From the NCBI GenBank assembly GCA_018580065.1, contig GCA_018580065.1_4845.1: a stretch of 46,716 bases of DNA; one strand, 5' to 3'. The notes under the pieces were generated by a model. That model was not told the origin of the DNA and ran no database searches. It worked only from the letters and a program-made list of their open reading frames with translations. A program made the translations under genes and the position numbers. This stretch comes from a phage. Positions 15,781 to 24,054 of this stretch are shown one piece after another (the stretch's first letter is position 1; each line of letters opens with the position of its first letter).

Positions 15781-16241
15781 GTCACAGCCCCGCCAGCATC
15801 CTTGTATACCTGAATCAGCTTATCCAGTTTCTGCTCATGCTGACCATAGCCAGCACCCGGCAATGAAGCCCAGCGGGAACGGCATTTATGGATGGCATCA
15901 GCAATGCGACCAGCCTCGATGTCGGTAGTGGCCTTGCATTCACGGATTAGCTGCATTGCAATGGCATCCTGTGATGCAGGAGAGAAGTCAGGCAGGCGCA
16001 GTTGCTTTTTGTATGCATCATAAAACTTAGCCAGCACCTGATAGCGCCCGGCGGCGGTGGATTTGATGCCCAGCCTAGGCAGACTAATCAGCTTGCGCGG
16101 GTGATCGGAATAGTCAGTAAACAGTGAGCCGCCAACGATCACATCATAACCATGATTATTGGTTTTCTGTCGCCCGTTATCAGTCCCCTCGCTGTACGCC
16201 AGCATATCCAGAAACGCCTTCATGTTTTTGCTAATAGCCAT
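15777..16241 (-). CDS. endolysin, lambda R-like lytic transglycosylase
   Basis: KAFLDMLAYSEGTDNGRQKTNNHGYDVIVGG.LFTDYSDHPR...AGRYQ...WASLPGAGYGQ closely parallels phage lambda R. Confidence 0.9.
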   Translation of the reverse strand: MAISKNMKAFLDMLAYSEGTDNGRQKTNNHGYDVIVGGSLFTDYSDHPRKLISLPRLGIKSTAAGRYQVLAKFYDAYKKQLRLPDFSPASQDAIAMQLIRECKATTDIEAGRIADAIHKCRSRWASLPGAGYGQHEQKLDKLIQVYKDAGGAVT

Positions 16242-16509
16242 ACCAGTAAACCTCTTTTTCAGCTTTGCGTTTTGCCTTATCACCAGTCTTCTCGCACCAC
16301 ACGATGAAATGCGCAACAGCACATGAGAAGCAGCGGAGATTGTGCTTCTTCAGAAGCGTTGATTTACGGAACACGTCAATGCCAATGTCAGTAGCAAGGC
16401 TCGTCAGCGCGTCGAACTGATTCTGTGTCGTCTTGGTAGTGATATAGGGCGATATATCTACGGCATCGGTGATTCCAAGGGTCTCTATGCCGCGTTGCGA
16501 TAGTTTCAT
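16231..16509 (-). CDS. GH24 (T4/P22-type) lysozyme-like remnant lacking the catalytic core
   Basis: QNQFDALTSLATDIGIDVFRKSTLLKK matches the GH24 helix region. The N-terminal E...D...T(IGYGH) catalytic segment is absent. 92 aa versus about 150 in intact enzymes. AGGAGG RBS retained. Confidence 0.55.
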   Translation of the reverse strand: MKLSQRGIETLGITDAVDISPYITTKTTQNQFDALTSLATDIGIDVFRKSTLLKKHNLRCFSCAVAHFIVWCEKTGDKAKRKAEKEVYWYGY

Positions 16510-16535
16510 CCTGCCTCCTGCTCAAATAATAACTA

Positions 16536-16544
16536 ATTCTATCA
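16536..16544 (-). promoter_or_regulatory. late-type extended -10 promoter (TGATAGAAT)
   Basis: Reverse complement GTGATAGAAT, about 27 nt upstream of the lysis cassette ATG (16509). Confidence 0.45.
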
Positions 16545-16553
16545 CAATGGCTA

Positions 16554-16593
16554 TTGACGTAGATTGAGCGGTGGTGCATAGTATCTACATCAA
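16554..16593 (+). promoter_or_regulatory. sigma70-like promoter TTGACG-17-CATAGT flanked by inverted motif copies
   Basis: TTGACGTAGAT (16554-16564) and ATCTACATCAA (16583-16593) form an inverted repeat bracketing the -10. Confidence 0.55.
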
Positions 16594-16614
16594 GTGATGA
16601 GTGAGGTGATGAAG

Positions 16615-16836
16615 ATGGAAATAAAACTTAACAAAGAAAGTAATATGCTAAGTCTTACCGGGCAGGGCGAGATGGTGTTCACAAGGCTAAAAAATGGAAA
16701 TGAAACCGCAATAACAATGATATGTGAAGGAGCGAAAACTTCTGTTTCAAATATGTATCTGGTCAATTTGAAAGAGAAAACAAGGGTTGGTAGATTTCTC
16801 TCTGCGCTGAAGCATGTGTGGATTCTTGCCAAATGA
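16615..16836 (+). CDS. hypothetical protein
   Basis: ATG 16615 lies 8 nt after GAGG. 73 aa. Confidence 0.6.
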   Translation: MEIKLNKESNMLSLTGQGEMVFTRLKNGNETAITMICEGAKTSVSNMYLVNLKEKTRVGRFLSALKHVWILAK

Positions 16837-16846
16837 AGGTGTAATT

Positions 16847-16990
16847 ATGGTAATGGTCAAATTCAAAGAAAACGGACGCTGCGGAGTGTTCGGTCTTGAA
16901 CAAATCAAAATCCGTCCGTGCGGTAAAGTGGTTGCACCATTTGGTCTGGTGCAGATGCGTGAATGTGAGATCGTGGAATATATTAAGTGA
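16847..16990 (+). CDS. hypothetical 47-aa protein
   Basis: Hand translation MVMVKFKENGRCGVFGLEQIKIRPCGKVV... AAGGTG RBS. Confidence 0.45.
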   Translation: MVMVKFKENGRCGVFGLEQIKIRPCGKVVAPFGLVQMRECEIVEYIK

Positions 16991-16998
16991 GGTTAGAA

Positions 16999-17277
16999 AT
17001 GACAAAACGCGAATTACACCAATTATTTAACAAATGGCTTGATTCTGTTGGTTTTGGCGACATGAATGATAGAGAGAAGGACTTGCTTTGGTTTGGGTTT
17101 TCTGTTGGATATTGCCACGACAATAACAAGACCATGCTCGCAGCACTCCAGCAGCTTCTGGAAATCTACGACGACCATTCAGGAAAAGCCTGGACAACAT
17201 CAAGCAAGCGTCGTGCTCTGGATAATGCGCGCGATGCGGTTAATAAAGCGCTGGGGGAGCGCAATGAAACAATGTGA
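16999..17277 (+). CDS. hypothetical protein
   Basis: 92 aa from MTKRELHQLF. GAGGT RBS. Confidence 0.65.
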   Translation: MTKRELHQLFNKWLDSVGFGDMNDREKDLLWFGFSVGYCHDNNKTMLAALQQLLEIYDDHSGKAWTTSSKRRALDNARDAVNKALGERNETM

Positions 17278-17749
17278 TCTTTTCCGTGTTCTTAGTTATA
17301 ACCCTGAATCTGGTGAATTCACGTGGATTAAATCAAGAAGACATGGGTTTAGCGGTCGAAAGGCTGGGTCGGTAAATGGGAAAGGGTACATACAGATCTG
17401 CATTGATGGAAAGCTTTATCTTGCGCACAGGCTTGCTCTTCTATACGTGACAGGAGAGATGCCAAAGGAGGTGGATCATATTAACAGGGTGAGAGATGAC
17501 AATAGATTATGCAACTTAAGGCCATGCACTTCATCTGAAAATAAGCACAACAAGGATATCACATCCAGAAACAAAACAGGGATGAAGGGCGTCAGCTGGT
17601 ATCCTGCCGGAAATTCATGGCGAGTAAGGATATGCGTAAATAAAACACAGATTCATCTGGGCTACTACGAAGACATTGAGCTGGCAGAGCTTGTGTCGCA
17701 AGAGGCGAGAATTAAATACGCAGGAGATTTTAATTATGAAGCTTATTGA
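17264..17749 (+). CDS. HNH homing endonuclease (HNH_3 plus AP2-like domain)
   Basis: LAHRLALLYVTGEMPKEVDHINRVRDDNRLCNLR...N motif plus GVSWY...WRVRI AP2-like segment. Paralog of 6790-7281. Confidence 0.85.
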   Translation: MKQCDLFRVLSYNPESGEFTWIKSRRHGFSGRKAGSVNGKGYIQICIDGKLYLAHRLALLYVTGEMPKEVDHINRVRDDNRLCNLRPCTSSENKHNKDITSRNKTGMKGVSWYPAGNSWRVRICVNKTQIHLGYYEDIELAELVSQEARIKYAGDFNYEAY

Positions 17750-18371
17750 TTTACTGGTTAAAGAATTACCTAAGCGTGGCGGGTGGCCTGAGGGTGCCGT
17801 TGAGTGTCAACGATTTGTTGATGAGGCAACCATTGATTTTTACGATGAAAATGGCAACTGGGATGATGACTGCTCACTTACTTACGGCTCGATAGCGGTG
17901 GAACTCGTCAGAAAGCAGACGTACCCTTGCGAGAGCGAGCAAGTAACTCGCAAGCAATACGAATCCGCACTTGCAGCATCTCAAAAGCCAGCATGGAACG
18001 GCGAAGGTCTTCCGCCAGTTGGTGAGAAAGTTGAGTTCTTCATTAATCCAAAACTCGGATACAGAAACGCCTGGAATCCTGATGCTGGCACTGAAATGGA
18101 AGTGGTTGCACACAAGACAACAACGGATGGCAATAATGTGGCAGTTTGTTATTGGGATGAGCGCGGCGCAGGAAGGTCACACTGCTTCGTACCAGAAAGC
18201 CTAAAACCACCACGCTCAGAAGCAGAGCGCAAGCGTCATGAGGCAGCAGAATCCATTGACTTTTATATGCCGGAATTTATTACCGATACGCCAAATGAGT
18301 TTTACCACGCCAAAAAGATTTACGACGCCATCGCGGCAGGTAAGATTCCCGGCGTGAAACTGGAGGATTGA
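17736..18371 (+). CDS. hypothetical protein
   Basis: 211 aa. CAGGAG RBS 9 nt upstream. Confidence 0.7.
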   Translation: MKLIDLLVKELPKRGGWPEGAVECQRFVDEATIDFYDENGNWDDDCSLTYGSIAVELVRKQTYPCESEQVTRKQYESALAASQKPAWNGEGLPPVGEKVEFFINPKLGYRNAWNPDAGTEMEVVAHKTTTDGNNVAVCYWDERGAGRSHCFVPESLKPPRSEAERKRHEAAESIDFYMPEFITDTPNEFYHAKKIYDAIAAGKIPGVKLED

Positions 18372-18372
18372 T

Positions 18373-18501
18373 ATGTGGTTATTCCCGTTTCTTCTCGGTA
18401 TTGCGTGGTTTGTGATGTATATGTTTGGTGGTAATGATTTCGACGTGGTGATTGCAAATATATGGATGGCGACTAGCTTCATGCTTGCTAACAATAAATA
18501 A
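18373..18501 (+). CDS. 42-aa membrane peptide
   Basis: Hand translation MWLFPFLLGIAWFVMYMFGG... Starts 2 nt after the upstream stop. Followed by a terminator. Confidence 0.45.
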   Translation: MWLFPFLLGIAWFVMYMFGGNDFDVVIANIWMATSFMLANNK

Positions 18502-18505
18502 AACC

Positions 18506-18530
18506 AAGCCCTCACTTAGAGGGCTTTTTG
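18506..18530. terminator. rho-independent terminator between convergent genes
   Basis: Stem GCCCTC/GAGGGC, loop ACTTA, T5 run. Confidence 0.8.
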
Positions 18531-19433
18531 TTATTGCTCTGGTTTTCCTCCGAGCTTTCTAATAATTTCTGCAGCAACGCACGGATCAACATTAAAAAAT
18601 TCAGTCGCCCCATCGAAACCTGACAACCCAGCATTTAAGTCCTTTAGCTTTCTATGCGCAGCGCCTTCCGCTTTCCTTGCTTTGTAATAGCTTTCGAATG
18701 AGAACTGACACAACAAAGATATAGAAAGACCTGATTTTTTAGTTAGTTGCTGAATCCTTAGAGGAACGTTATTTGATAACCCTATCTTTATCATTCCATT
18801 TGCTTCCAACAAATAAACCATAGTCTTTTTGAATGGGTTTCTTCCTGCGCATTTTGCACACCCGTGCCCCTTGGCGTGATGGCCAGCAAACTGGCGAAAA
18901 CTGCCATGAATAGGGCATATTATTTCAACCATGCTATTCATGCCACTAAAAACTACCTCATCATATGAATATTTCCCGCCATGGGCCTCTTTGCATCTTG
19001 CTATGAAGGATTCTGTATCCATGCCGCCCTTTCCACTGCAAACCCTGCACCCAATATTCCCTCTCAAGTGATCTCTTGCTATTTGCTGGAATTCACCATG
19101 TTTTTTGCACCTTATGGTTATCATTGACAGCATTCCAGAGTATTTGGTTGGTGAATAATCATAAATATCATGGTTTTTACTGGGAATCATATCCATAAAC
19201 TCATCATGACTGTACCCGTTATGCATTCCCCTGCCGGGCCTGCACTTTCTGCATCCGTTGCAACCGTTGAGGTGATCATTTGGCGTCTGTTTAAATAACA
19301 CATCATGCTTAATACATCTGATTATTACTGGCGATTTCCTTTTGATGTATTTAGTTTCTGAATAGTCAAATTTATCGCCGTGGATTAACTTAGCGCGTGA
19401 AATGAAATCTTCTGTGGTAGGTCTTTTTGCCAT
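18531..19433 (-). CDS. T5orf172-domain putative homing endonuclease with three tandem zinc-ribbon repeats
   Basis: Three ~58-aa repeats (F...A...HG.KYDYS...I.C..HG.F.Q....HL.G.GC..C), then the C-terminal VYLLEANGMIKIGLSNN...EFF T5orf172-like domain. AT-rich. Own promoter. Confidence 0.75.
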   Translation of the reverse strand: MAKRPTTEDFISRAKLIHGDKFDYSETKYIKRKSPVIIRCIKHDVLFKQTPNDHLNGCNGCRKCRPGRGMHNGYSHDEFMDMIPSKNHDIYDYSPTKYSGMLSMITIRCKKHGEFQQIARDHLRGNIGCRVCSGKGGMDTESFIARCKEAHGGKYSYDEVVFSGMNSMVEIICPIHGSFRQFAGHHAKGHGCAKCAGRNPFKKTMVYLLEANGMIKIGLSNNVPLRIQQLTKKSGLSISLLCQFSFESYYKARKAEGAAHRKLKDLNAGLSGFDGATEFFNVDPCVAAEIIRKLGGKPEQ

Positions 19434-19522
19434 TATTAACCCCGTAGCAGGTTCGTAGATTGAGGATTGCAGCAGGGTGTCTACGTTCACCTTTTCGTCT
19501 GGCCGGACTAGCTGCAATTGAG

Positions 19523-19531
19523 ATTATATCA
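19523..19531 (-). promoter_or_regulatory. late-type extended -10 promoter (TGATATAAT)
   Basis: Reverse complement AGTGATATAAT, overlapping the stop of the MuF-like gene, upstream of 19433. Confidence 0.4.
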
Positions 19532-20485
19532 CTTTGCCTTGTGAGCTGAAAGCCACTTATCTCTCGCTGATATCATCCTGTCAAGAGAAGATTCAAGCAT
19601 GATCACATTACCATTTTCATCTAATAGGCATGGCGTTTGACCACAATGGCACCGAAATCTATTTCCGTCCTTGCTGTAAAACTCCTCCACCTGTTCTGGC
19701 GAGTACGCCTTAGAGTGTCTGATGGCGTGAGTTTGTCTGGTTGTTGGTAATAGCGCCGACACCCAAAATAGGGCACTATTTAGCCCCAAAATAATCTTTG
19801 ATTCCTGAACTTCGTCAGACTGCGACTTGCGTAAAATGCCCGTAAGCTCGGTTTGGGCAATGTTTTTTGCTCGCGATTCACTTACACCAACGCGCTTAAT
19901 GATGTCTGATTCAATATCTCTCGGATTAGAACCAACAGCGATAGCATTCATGATCACCTGAGACAAATCATTACGTGCCGCGTCTCCAATTCCAACCCAA
20001 TCGCTGTAAGTGGAGGCATTGGCAATAGACAGGCGCTGCAAATATGGCTCAGAGTAAATAATGTCTGCAATTGAACGGCGCTCAGCATAGAGTGGAGACA
20101 TGGCTGCCAGTTGCTGTTGCGCCTCAACCGTACCAGCTGAATAGGCGTCAGAGACATAAATTGACATCCAGAACTGACCAGCATCCATTGGCTGAGTATC
20201 ATCAAGCAGTATTTCATCAATTAGCTGTTGCAGCGCCTCATTAAATTGAGCTGCCCTAGCGGCTGAAAAATCATACCTGTAACCATAGGCATCAATGGAG
20301 TTAATTGCGGCAACTGGAATTGACCTGAATAAGTCTATGACTGACGATTTAAGGCGCTTGTATCGCGCCTCAATCTGTTTGTTTGCCTTGCTTAGTCTCC
20401 TGTTAGCGCCAACAGGGTCTGTTTTGCTGGTTGGTATCTTCGGGCCAACCAGTCTGGCGCTAACCTTAAAGATTTTGATTTTCAT
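19529..20485 (-). CDS. head morphogenesis protein (SPP1 gp7 / Mu F-like)
   Basis: 318 aa from MKIKIFKV. Position immediately after the portal. Family-like C-terminal R.H...RCHCG region. Confidence 0.7.
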   Translation of the reverse strand: MKIKIFKVSARLVGPKIPTSKTDPVGANRRLSKANKQIEARYKRLKSSVIDLFRSIPVAAINSIDAYGYRYDFSAARAAQFNEALQQLIDEILLDDTQPMDAGQFWMSIYVSDAYSAGTVEAQQQLAAMSPLYAERRSIADIIYSEPYLQRLSIANASTYSDWVGIGDAARNDLSQVIMNAIAVGSNPRDIESDIIKRVGVSESRAKNIAQTELTGILRKSQSDEVQESKIILGLNSALFWVSALLPTTRQTHAIRHSKAYSPEQVEEFYSKDGNRFRCHCGQTPCLLDENGNVIMLESSLDRMISARDKWLSAHKAK

Positions 20486-21869
20486 CGTCAGGATTACCCT
20501 CTGTGACGATCTGAATTTCTTCAATCGGCTCCATGCCAACCATGCCGCGAGCCTCATCGACAGTTAACAGCGCAGACTGACCAGCATCAAAGAATGACTT
20601 GTTCGCAGTGGCCAGTTTGGCTAGCAACTCCGCTTTATCCAGTTCCGATGGTGCCAGCAGGTCATCCCACTTAACTTTGTAGCCATTTTCTGGTGCTTTA
20701 TCGACAATGCCGAACTGAATCATGCGCTCAACAAACATTGAAATGACATAATCAACCCATGTTTCGCGGCGTTGTTTGGCGGTCATCGCCTCCTGCATCT
20801 TGTCTTCATCGCTTGCAAGGCGCCCTGTCTGCTGCCCGAAAATGACGGTGAACGGAAGCGCCATAGATGCAGCGAACTGGTTGGCAGCAACTTCCCATGT
20901 TGGTTTCGGATCGGCTGGCGCCACAGCGAGAACCTTTGCGTCAGCGCCCATTGTGAACATGGCGGCGTCGATGCCTGAGTTCAGCGCCTCAATGTTCTCA
21001 TTCATGATGTCGGTGAGTTCTTCGATGTCGACACCCATCGACTGAGCGAGACTTGCTGGTGTTACATTATCCTCCGTATAGTTAACAGCCAGTTGGCGGC
21101 TTGCATTCTTCAGGAATCCTTCTGCGGAGCTACCGGAAACCTTAGCCATGTCGATAAGGCTGTTGTAGCCAGCACGCAACATCGGGACGCCACTGAACAT
21201 GCTGCCGTCAAAGCTCCCCTCCGCCAGAATAATGATGCGGTCAGGGTGAATCTGCACGGAACGCTCAGGCTTGCCGTCGCTGTCGAAGTCTTCCACGGCG
21301 CTTTCCTGATATTCGTACATCTCAGGCATTCCGTAGTCTTCGCTGGTTTCGTCGTTATTCCACGCACTGACTTTGAGCTGCTCCTCCCATACCGGAATAA
21401 AGCGGACGATGGATTTATCTTTAATGCGGCGTGTTTTTGTGATGTCTACCGGTTCACTCCATTGCTTACCATCGCGGATTTGCAGGATGACGGCGGAATA
21501 GCGGTTGATGGCGTTGCGCTTGTCGGCCTCCTTGATGAACGGATAGGCACGCTTCATCATGCCGTTGATGGACAGTTCCCACGACGTAGAGTTCTTGTCA
21601 TCCTCGCCATCTTCGACCACCTCTGGGTACTTCTGCCAGCATTTATTAATAATGCGGTTAATGCCAGCTGCGGCGGCAGGATGTCGCTCGTAGGCGTAGC
21701 GGAACATCTCAGCGGTGATTTCCTGCGGGTAGCCGCATTCCGTCCAGAGTCTGTCGTGCTTCTGGTCAAGATTCTTCCCACCAGCACAAAGCCGTTGCTG
21801 CTGAATAGCCCGGTTATTGTTCGCCACGCGGTCGCGTATGTAGGCGTTTAAAGCATCAATTTTGGACAT
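20466..21869 (-). CDS. portal protein
   Basis: 467-aa ORF between the terminase region and the MuF-like gene. Size and acidic C-terminus typical of portals. Confidence 0.8.
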   Translation of the reverse strand: MSKIDALNAYIRDRVANNNRAIQQQRLCAGGKNLDQKHDRLWTECGYPQEITAEMFRYAYERHPAAAAGINRIINKCWQKYPEVVEDGEDDKNSTSWELSINGMMKRAYPFIKEADKRNAINRYSAVILQIRDGKQWSEPVDITKTRRIKDKSIVRFIPVWEEQLKVSAWNNDETSEDYGMPEMYEYQESAVEDFDSDGKPERSVQIHPDRIIILAEGSFDGSMFSGVPMLRAGYNSLIDMAKVSGSSAEGFLKNASRQLAVNYTEDNVTPASLAQSMGVDIEELTDIMNENIEALNSGIDAAMFTMGADAKVLAVAPADPKPTWEVAANQFAASMALPFTVIFGQQTGRLASDEDKMQEAMTAKQRRETWVDYVISMFVERMIQFGIVDKAPENGYKVKWDDLLAPSELDKAELLAKLATANKSFFDAGQSALLTVDEARGMVGMEPIEEIQIVTEGNPDDENQNL

Positions 21870-21880
21870 ATGTCACCAAT

Positions 21881-21905
21881 AAAAAAACCCATCACGTTGG
21901 ATGGG
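21881..21905 (-). terminator. rho-independent terminator upstream of portal gene
   Basis: On the minus strand: CCCATC-CAACGT-GATGGG followed by T7. Confidence 0.7.
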
Positions 21906-21914
21906 ATTATAGCA
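21906..21914 (-). promoter_or_regulatory. late-type extended -10 promoter (TGCTATAAT) abutting the terminator hairpin
   Basis: Reverse complement ATGCTATAAT. The predicted start site falls inside the hairpin at 21905-21888. Confidence 0.45.
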
Positions 21915-21919
21915 TGGTA

Positions 21920-22126
21920 TCAATAGTCGAAGGCTCGCCTGTGCATCGTGGCGTTACTGTGATGGAATACAACATTTTCCATCCTATCCCCTAGCACCAA
22001 CCCTCTGCATTTTGCGTAAATCTGATACTGCTTATTATTGAATTTATCATGACTATCAAACCAGATGCCCTCAAACCTTTTTCTAAGTTCAACAGCCATC
22101 TCGTGAAGATGTTTTCTGTCCATCAC
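21920..22126 (-). CDS. hypothetical protein
   Basis: 68-aa ORF, coupled to the upstream gene. Confidence 0.55.
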   Translation of the reverse strand: MMDRKHLHEMAVELRKRFEGIWFDSHDKFNNKQYQIYAKCRGLVLGDRMENVVFHHSNATMHRRAFDY

Positions 22127-22308
22127 TCCACCTTTTCCAGTTTATCAATGATAACGTCGTAGCCCTTTATTTCGTACTTTGCAACCAATTCGCAACCCAA
22201 AAACCAATCGAACGCTTCATTGGCGTTAGATGTCGTGGCTGTCGCGCAAACCTTGGTAACAACTTCACCACCATCAAGCACTTCAGCATGAATAAAATAA
22301 ACGCTCAT
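22123..22308 (-). CDS. hypothetical protein
   Basis: 61 aa from the ATG at 22308. TGATG overlap with the upstream ORF. Confidence 0.55.
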   Translation of the reverse strand: MSVYFIHAEVLDGGEVVTKVCATATTSNANEAFDWFLGCELVAKYEIKGYDVIIDKLEKVE

Positions 22309-22478
22309 CACTCAATCTCCTCACCATCAACCCAGCGTTGCAGGACTTCGATTAGCTGCATGGCTTGGTGTTTGTCAATAATAATAGCGTTATGACCCTG
22401 AGTAATCATTGGATTAAACTTGAAATCAACAGCTATTGTGCACATTGGCGTTTTTGTTTCGTCTTCAATAACAATCAT
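22308..22478 (-). CDS. hypothetical 56-aa protein
   Basis: Hand translation MIVIEDETKTPMCTIAVDFKFNPMITQGHNAIIID... Confidence 0.45.
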   Translation of the reverse strand: MIVIEDETKTPMCTIAVDFKFNPMITQGHNAIIIDKHQAMQLIEVLQRWVDGEEIE

Positions 22479-22487
22479 CACATCACC

Positions 22488-22895
22488 TCAACAAAGCTCA
22501 CCATCAGTTATCATCAATAACTTCTGCCATTTAGCTACCGGCTTGCACAACTCAGACTTCAACCTGCTTAACGAGCCTGTAATATCAGACCATTCGGCAA
22601 ACGGAACGAATCGCACAAACCGGTAGTCAGCTCCAGCCCAGTGCCAGCCAAGCGTGTAGTCGATGTATGTGCCGTCTGACTGCATGTTTATGTAATGTGC
22701 AGTCACAGACTTATCATCAATCACCACAACCTCAACCACTGCGCACGAACTTCCGTCACGCGCCCTGTTCACTGCATTCAGATGACAGGCGTGATTGTAC
22801 AGGCCAGTACCATCAATGAATGATATATCAATCTTTTTGGTGTATTTCTTATCCGCAGCGTCGCGGATTATTTTCTTTAATTTATCCCTGAACAT
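22488..22895 (-). CDS. hypothetical protein
   Basis: 135 aa from MFRDKLKKIIRD. Confidence 0.6.
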   Translation of the reverse strand: MFRDKLKKIIRDAADKKYTKKIDISFIDGTGLYNHACHLNAVNRARDGSSCAVVEVVVIDDKSVTAHYINMQSDGTYIDYTLGWHWAGADYRFVRFVPFAEWSDITGSLSRLKSELCKPVAKWQKLLMITDGELC

Positions 22896-23085
22896 GATTA
22901 ATCCACCATGCGGCAATGGCTGAGAAAATCCACAATCCGATAACAAGTCTGAAAACCTGCCAGTTTAGAATGTCATCAATGCTTGGTGCTTCCCATCTAA
23001 TCAACCAGATAAGCGGAAAAGCAATCGCTAGTGCAATGGTGTACTTAATACCAATAAACAGAAAATCTCTCACAAAATCTCTCAT
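22882..23085 (-). CDS. membrane protein (two TM)
   Basis: 67 aa with two hydrophobic segments. Confidence 0.6.
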   Translation of the reverse strand: MRDFVRDFLFIGIKYTIALAIAFPLIWLIRWEAPSIDDILNWQVFRLVIGLWIFSAIAAWWINHVQG

Positions 23086-23100
23086 ATCACCCTCTCAAAA

Positions 23101-23298
23101 TCAGTTAACCATATAGTAAATATCATCACGAGCAAACTCGTCAGCATCCTCCTGGCATTCAATTGCAACATCCTCATCGTAATATGATGCTAACTGCCGC
23201 GCCGTAGCTCTGCGTTTTTTCTTGCTATTGCGCATATCTCTGAACACGCACAGTTCTTTATCATAAGCCCGGACCATTCTTTTCATTATGCTTTTCAT
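23101..23298 (-). CDS. hypothetical protein, basic N-terminus and acidic C-terminus
   Basis: 65-aa ORF. Confidence 0.55.
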   Translation of the reverse strand: MKSIMKRMVRAYDKELCVFRDMRNSKKKRRATARQLASYYDEDVAIECQEDADEFARDDIYYMVN

Positions 23299-23302
23299 GT
23301 TT

Positions 23303-23509
23303 TCACCCTCTCAAAAAATCATTCTTGCAGCAGATACCTTTATATCCGCGCTTCTCTTGCAGGTTAACGAAAACATCATCAATAACACGCAGCAGAAAAT
23401 CCTCGTCAATATCATACCGACGACAAATCACATCATCAGGAACACCAGCTCGTGCCAGGGAATAAACCTGCTCTTTTTCCTCCTGTGTGAATCCTGCATA
23501 GCTGCGCAT
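23303..23509 (-). CDS. hypothetical protein, possible HTH
   Basis: 68 aa from MRSYAGFTQEEKEQVYSLARAGVPDDVICRRY. GGAG RBS. First gene of the leftward operon. Confidence 0.55.
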   Translation of the reverse strand: MRSYAGFTQEEKEQVYSLARAGVPDDVICRRYDIDEDFLLRVIDDVFVNLQEKRGYKGICCKNDFLRG

Positions 23510-23529
23510 AGTGATATCTCCGATAAACC

Positions 23530-23636
23530 TGATGTAGATTATACTATGCGCTCGGTGTAGATTGGTCAAGTGTGGTGATGCAGATTTATCAACAACAATA
23601 ATAAATGTTGACGTAGATATGTTGGTGACGTAGAAT
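23530..23636. promoter_or_regulatory. divergent control region with five direct copies of the TGAYGTAGAWW motif
   Basis: Copies at 23530, 23553, 23576, 23609 and 23626. Leftward TTGACC-17-TAGTAT (23569..23541) and rightward TTGACG-17-TAGAAT (23608-23636). Confidence 0.6.
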
Positions 23637-23670
23637 CATCTTATCGAAAAGAGATTAAGGAACAAGAGAA

Positions 23671-23826
23671 ATGTTTGAGACTAAAAAAGAATGCGAAGCG
23701 TACATTGCCGAAACTTATGGTGCTGACTACGTTAAATTTGGCATCGTTACCGCCCAGAAAGTTGGCTCAACAGTCGCCAAGATGCTTGGCATCAAAGAAG
23801 GTTACTACCCATCAAATGCCTACTAA
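23671..23826 (+). CDS. hypothetical 51-aa protein
   Basis: Hand translation MFETKKECEAYIAETYGADYVKFGIVTAQKVG... Different frame from the ORF-track ORF 23675-24028. Confidence 0.5.
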   Translation: MFETKKECEAYIAETYGADYVKFGIVTAQKVGSTVAKMLGIKEGYYPSNAY

Positions 23827-23830
23827 TTAC

Positions 23831-24028
23831 ATGCCAAGATGCCTTCGTGAAATACCGAAGTCGAAAGTGAAACCAAGTAATCAAGCGATAAGGGAGGCAA
23901 AGATTGAGGCTTTCAATATTGCCATTTCGATAATAAAAGACAGATGCAGAGATGAAAAGTCTGAGCGCGTTAAATCGAACATGTATGCAGCTGTGAGTGA
24001 TATATCCAGATTGAGAGATGAGCTTTAA
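23831..24028 (+). CDS. hypothetical protein
   Basis: 65 aa from MPRCLREIPK (alternative ATG at 23816). No clear RBS. Followed by a terminator. Confidence 0.45.
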   Translation: MPRCLREIPKSKVKPSNQAIREAKIEAFNIAISIIKDRCRDEKSERVKSNMYAAVSDISRLRDEL

Positions 24029-24054
24029 GCCCTCGATTGAGGGCTTTATTTTTA
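24027..24054. terminator. rho-independent terminator between convergent genes
   Basis: Stem AAGCCCTC/GAGGGCTT, loop GATT, T-rich tail. Confidence 0.8.
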
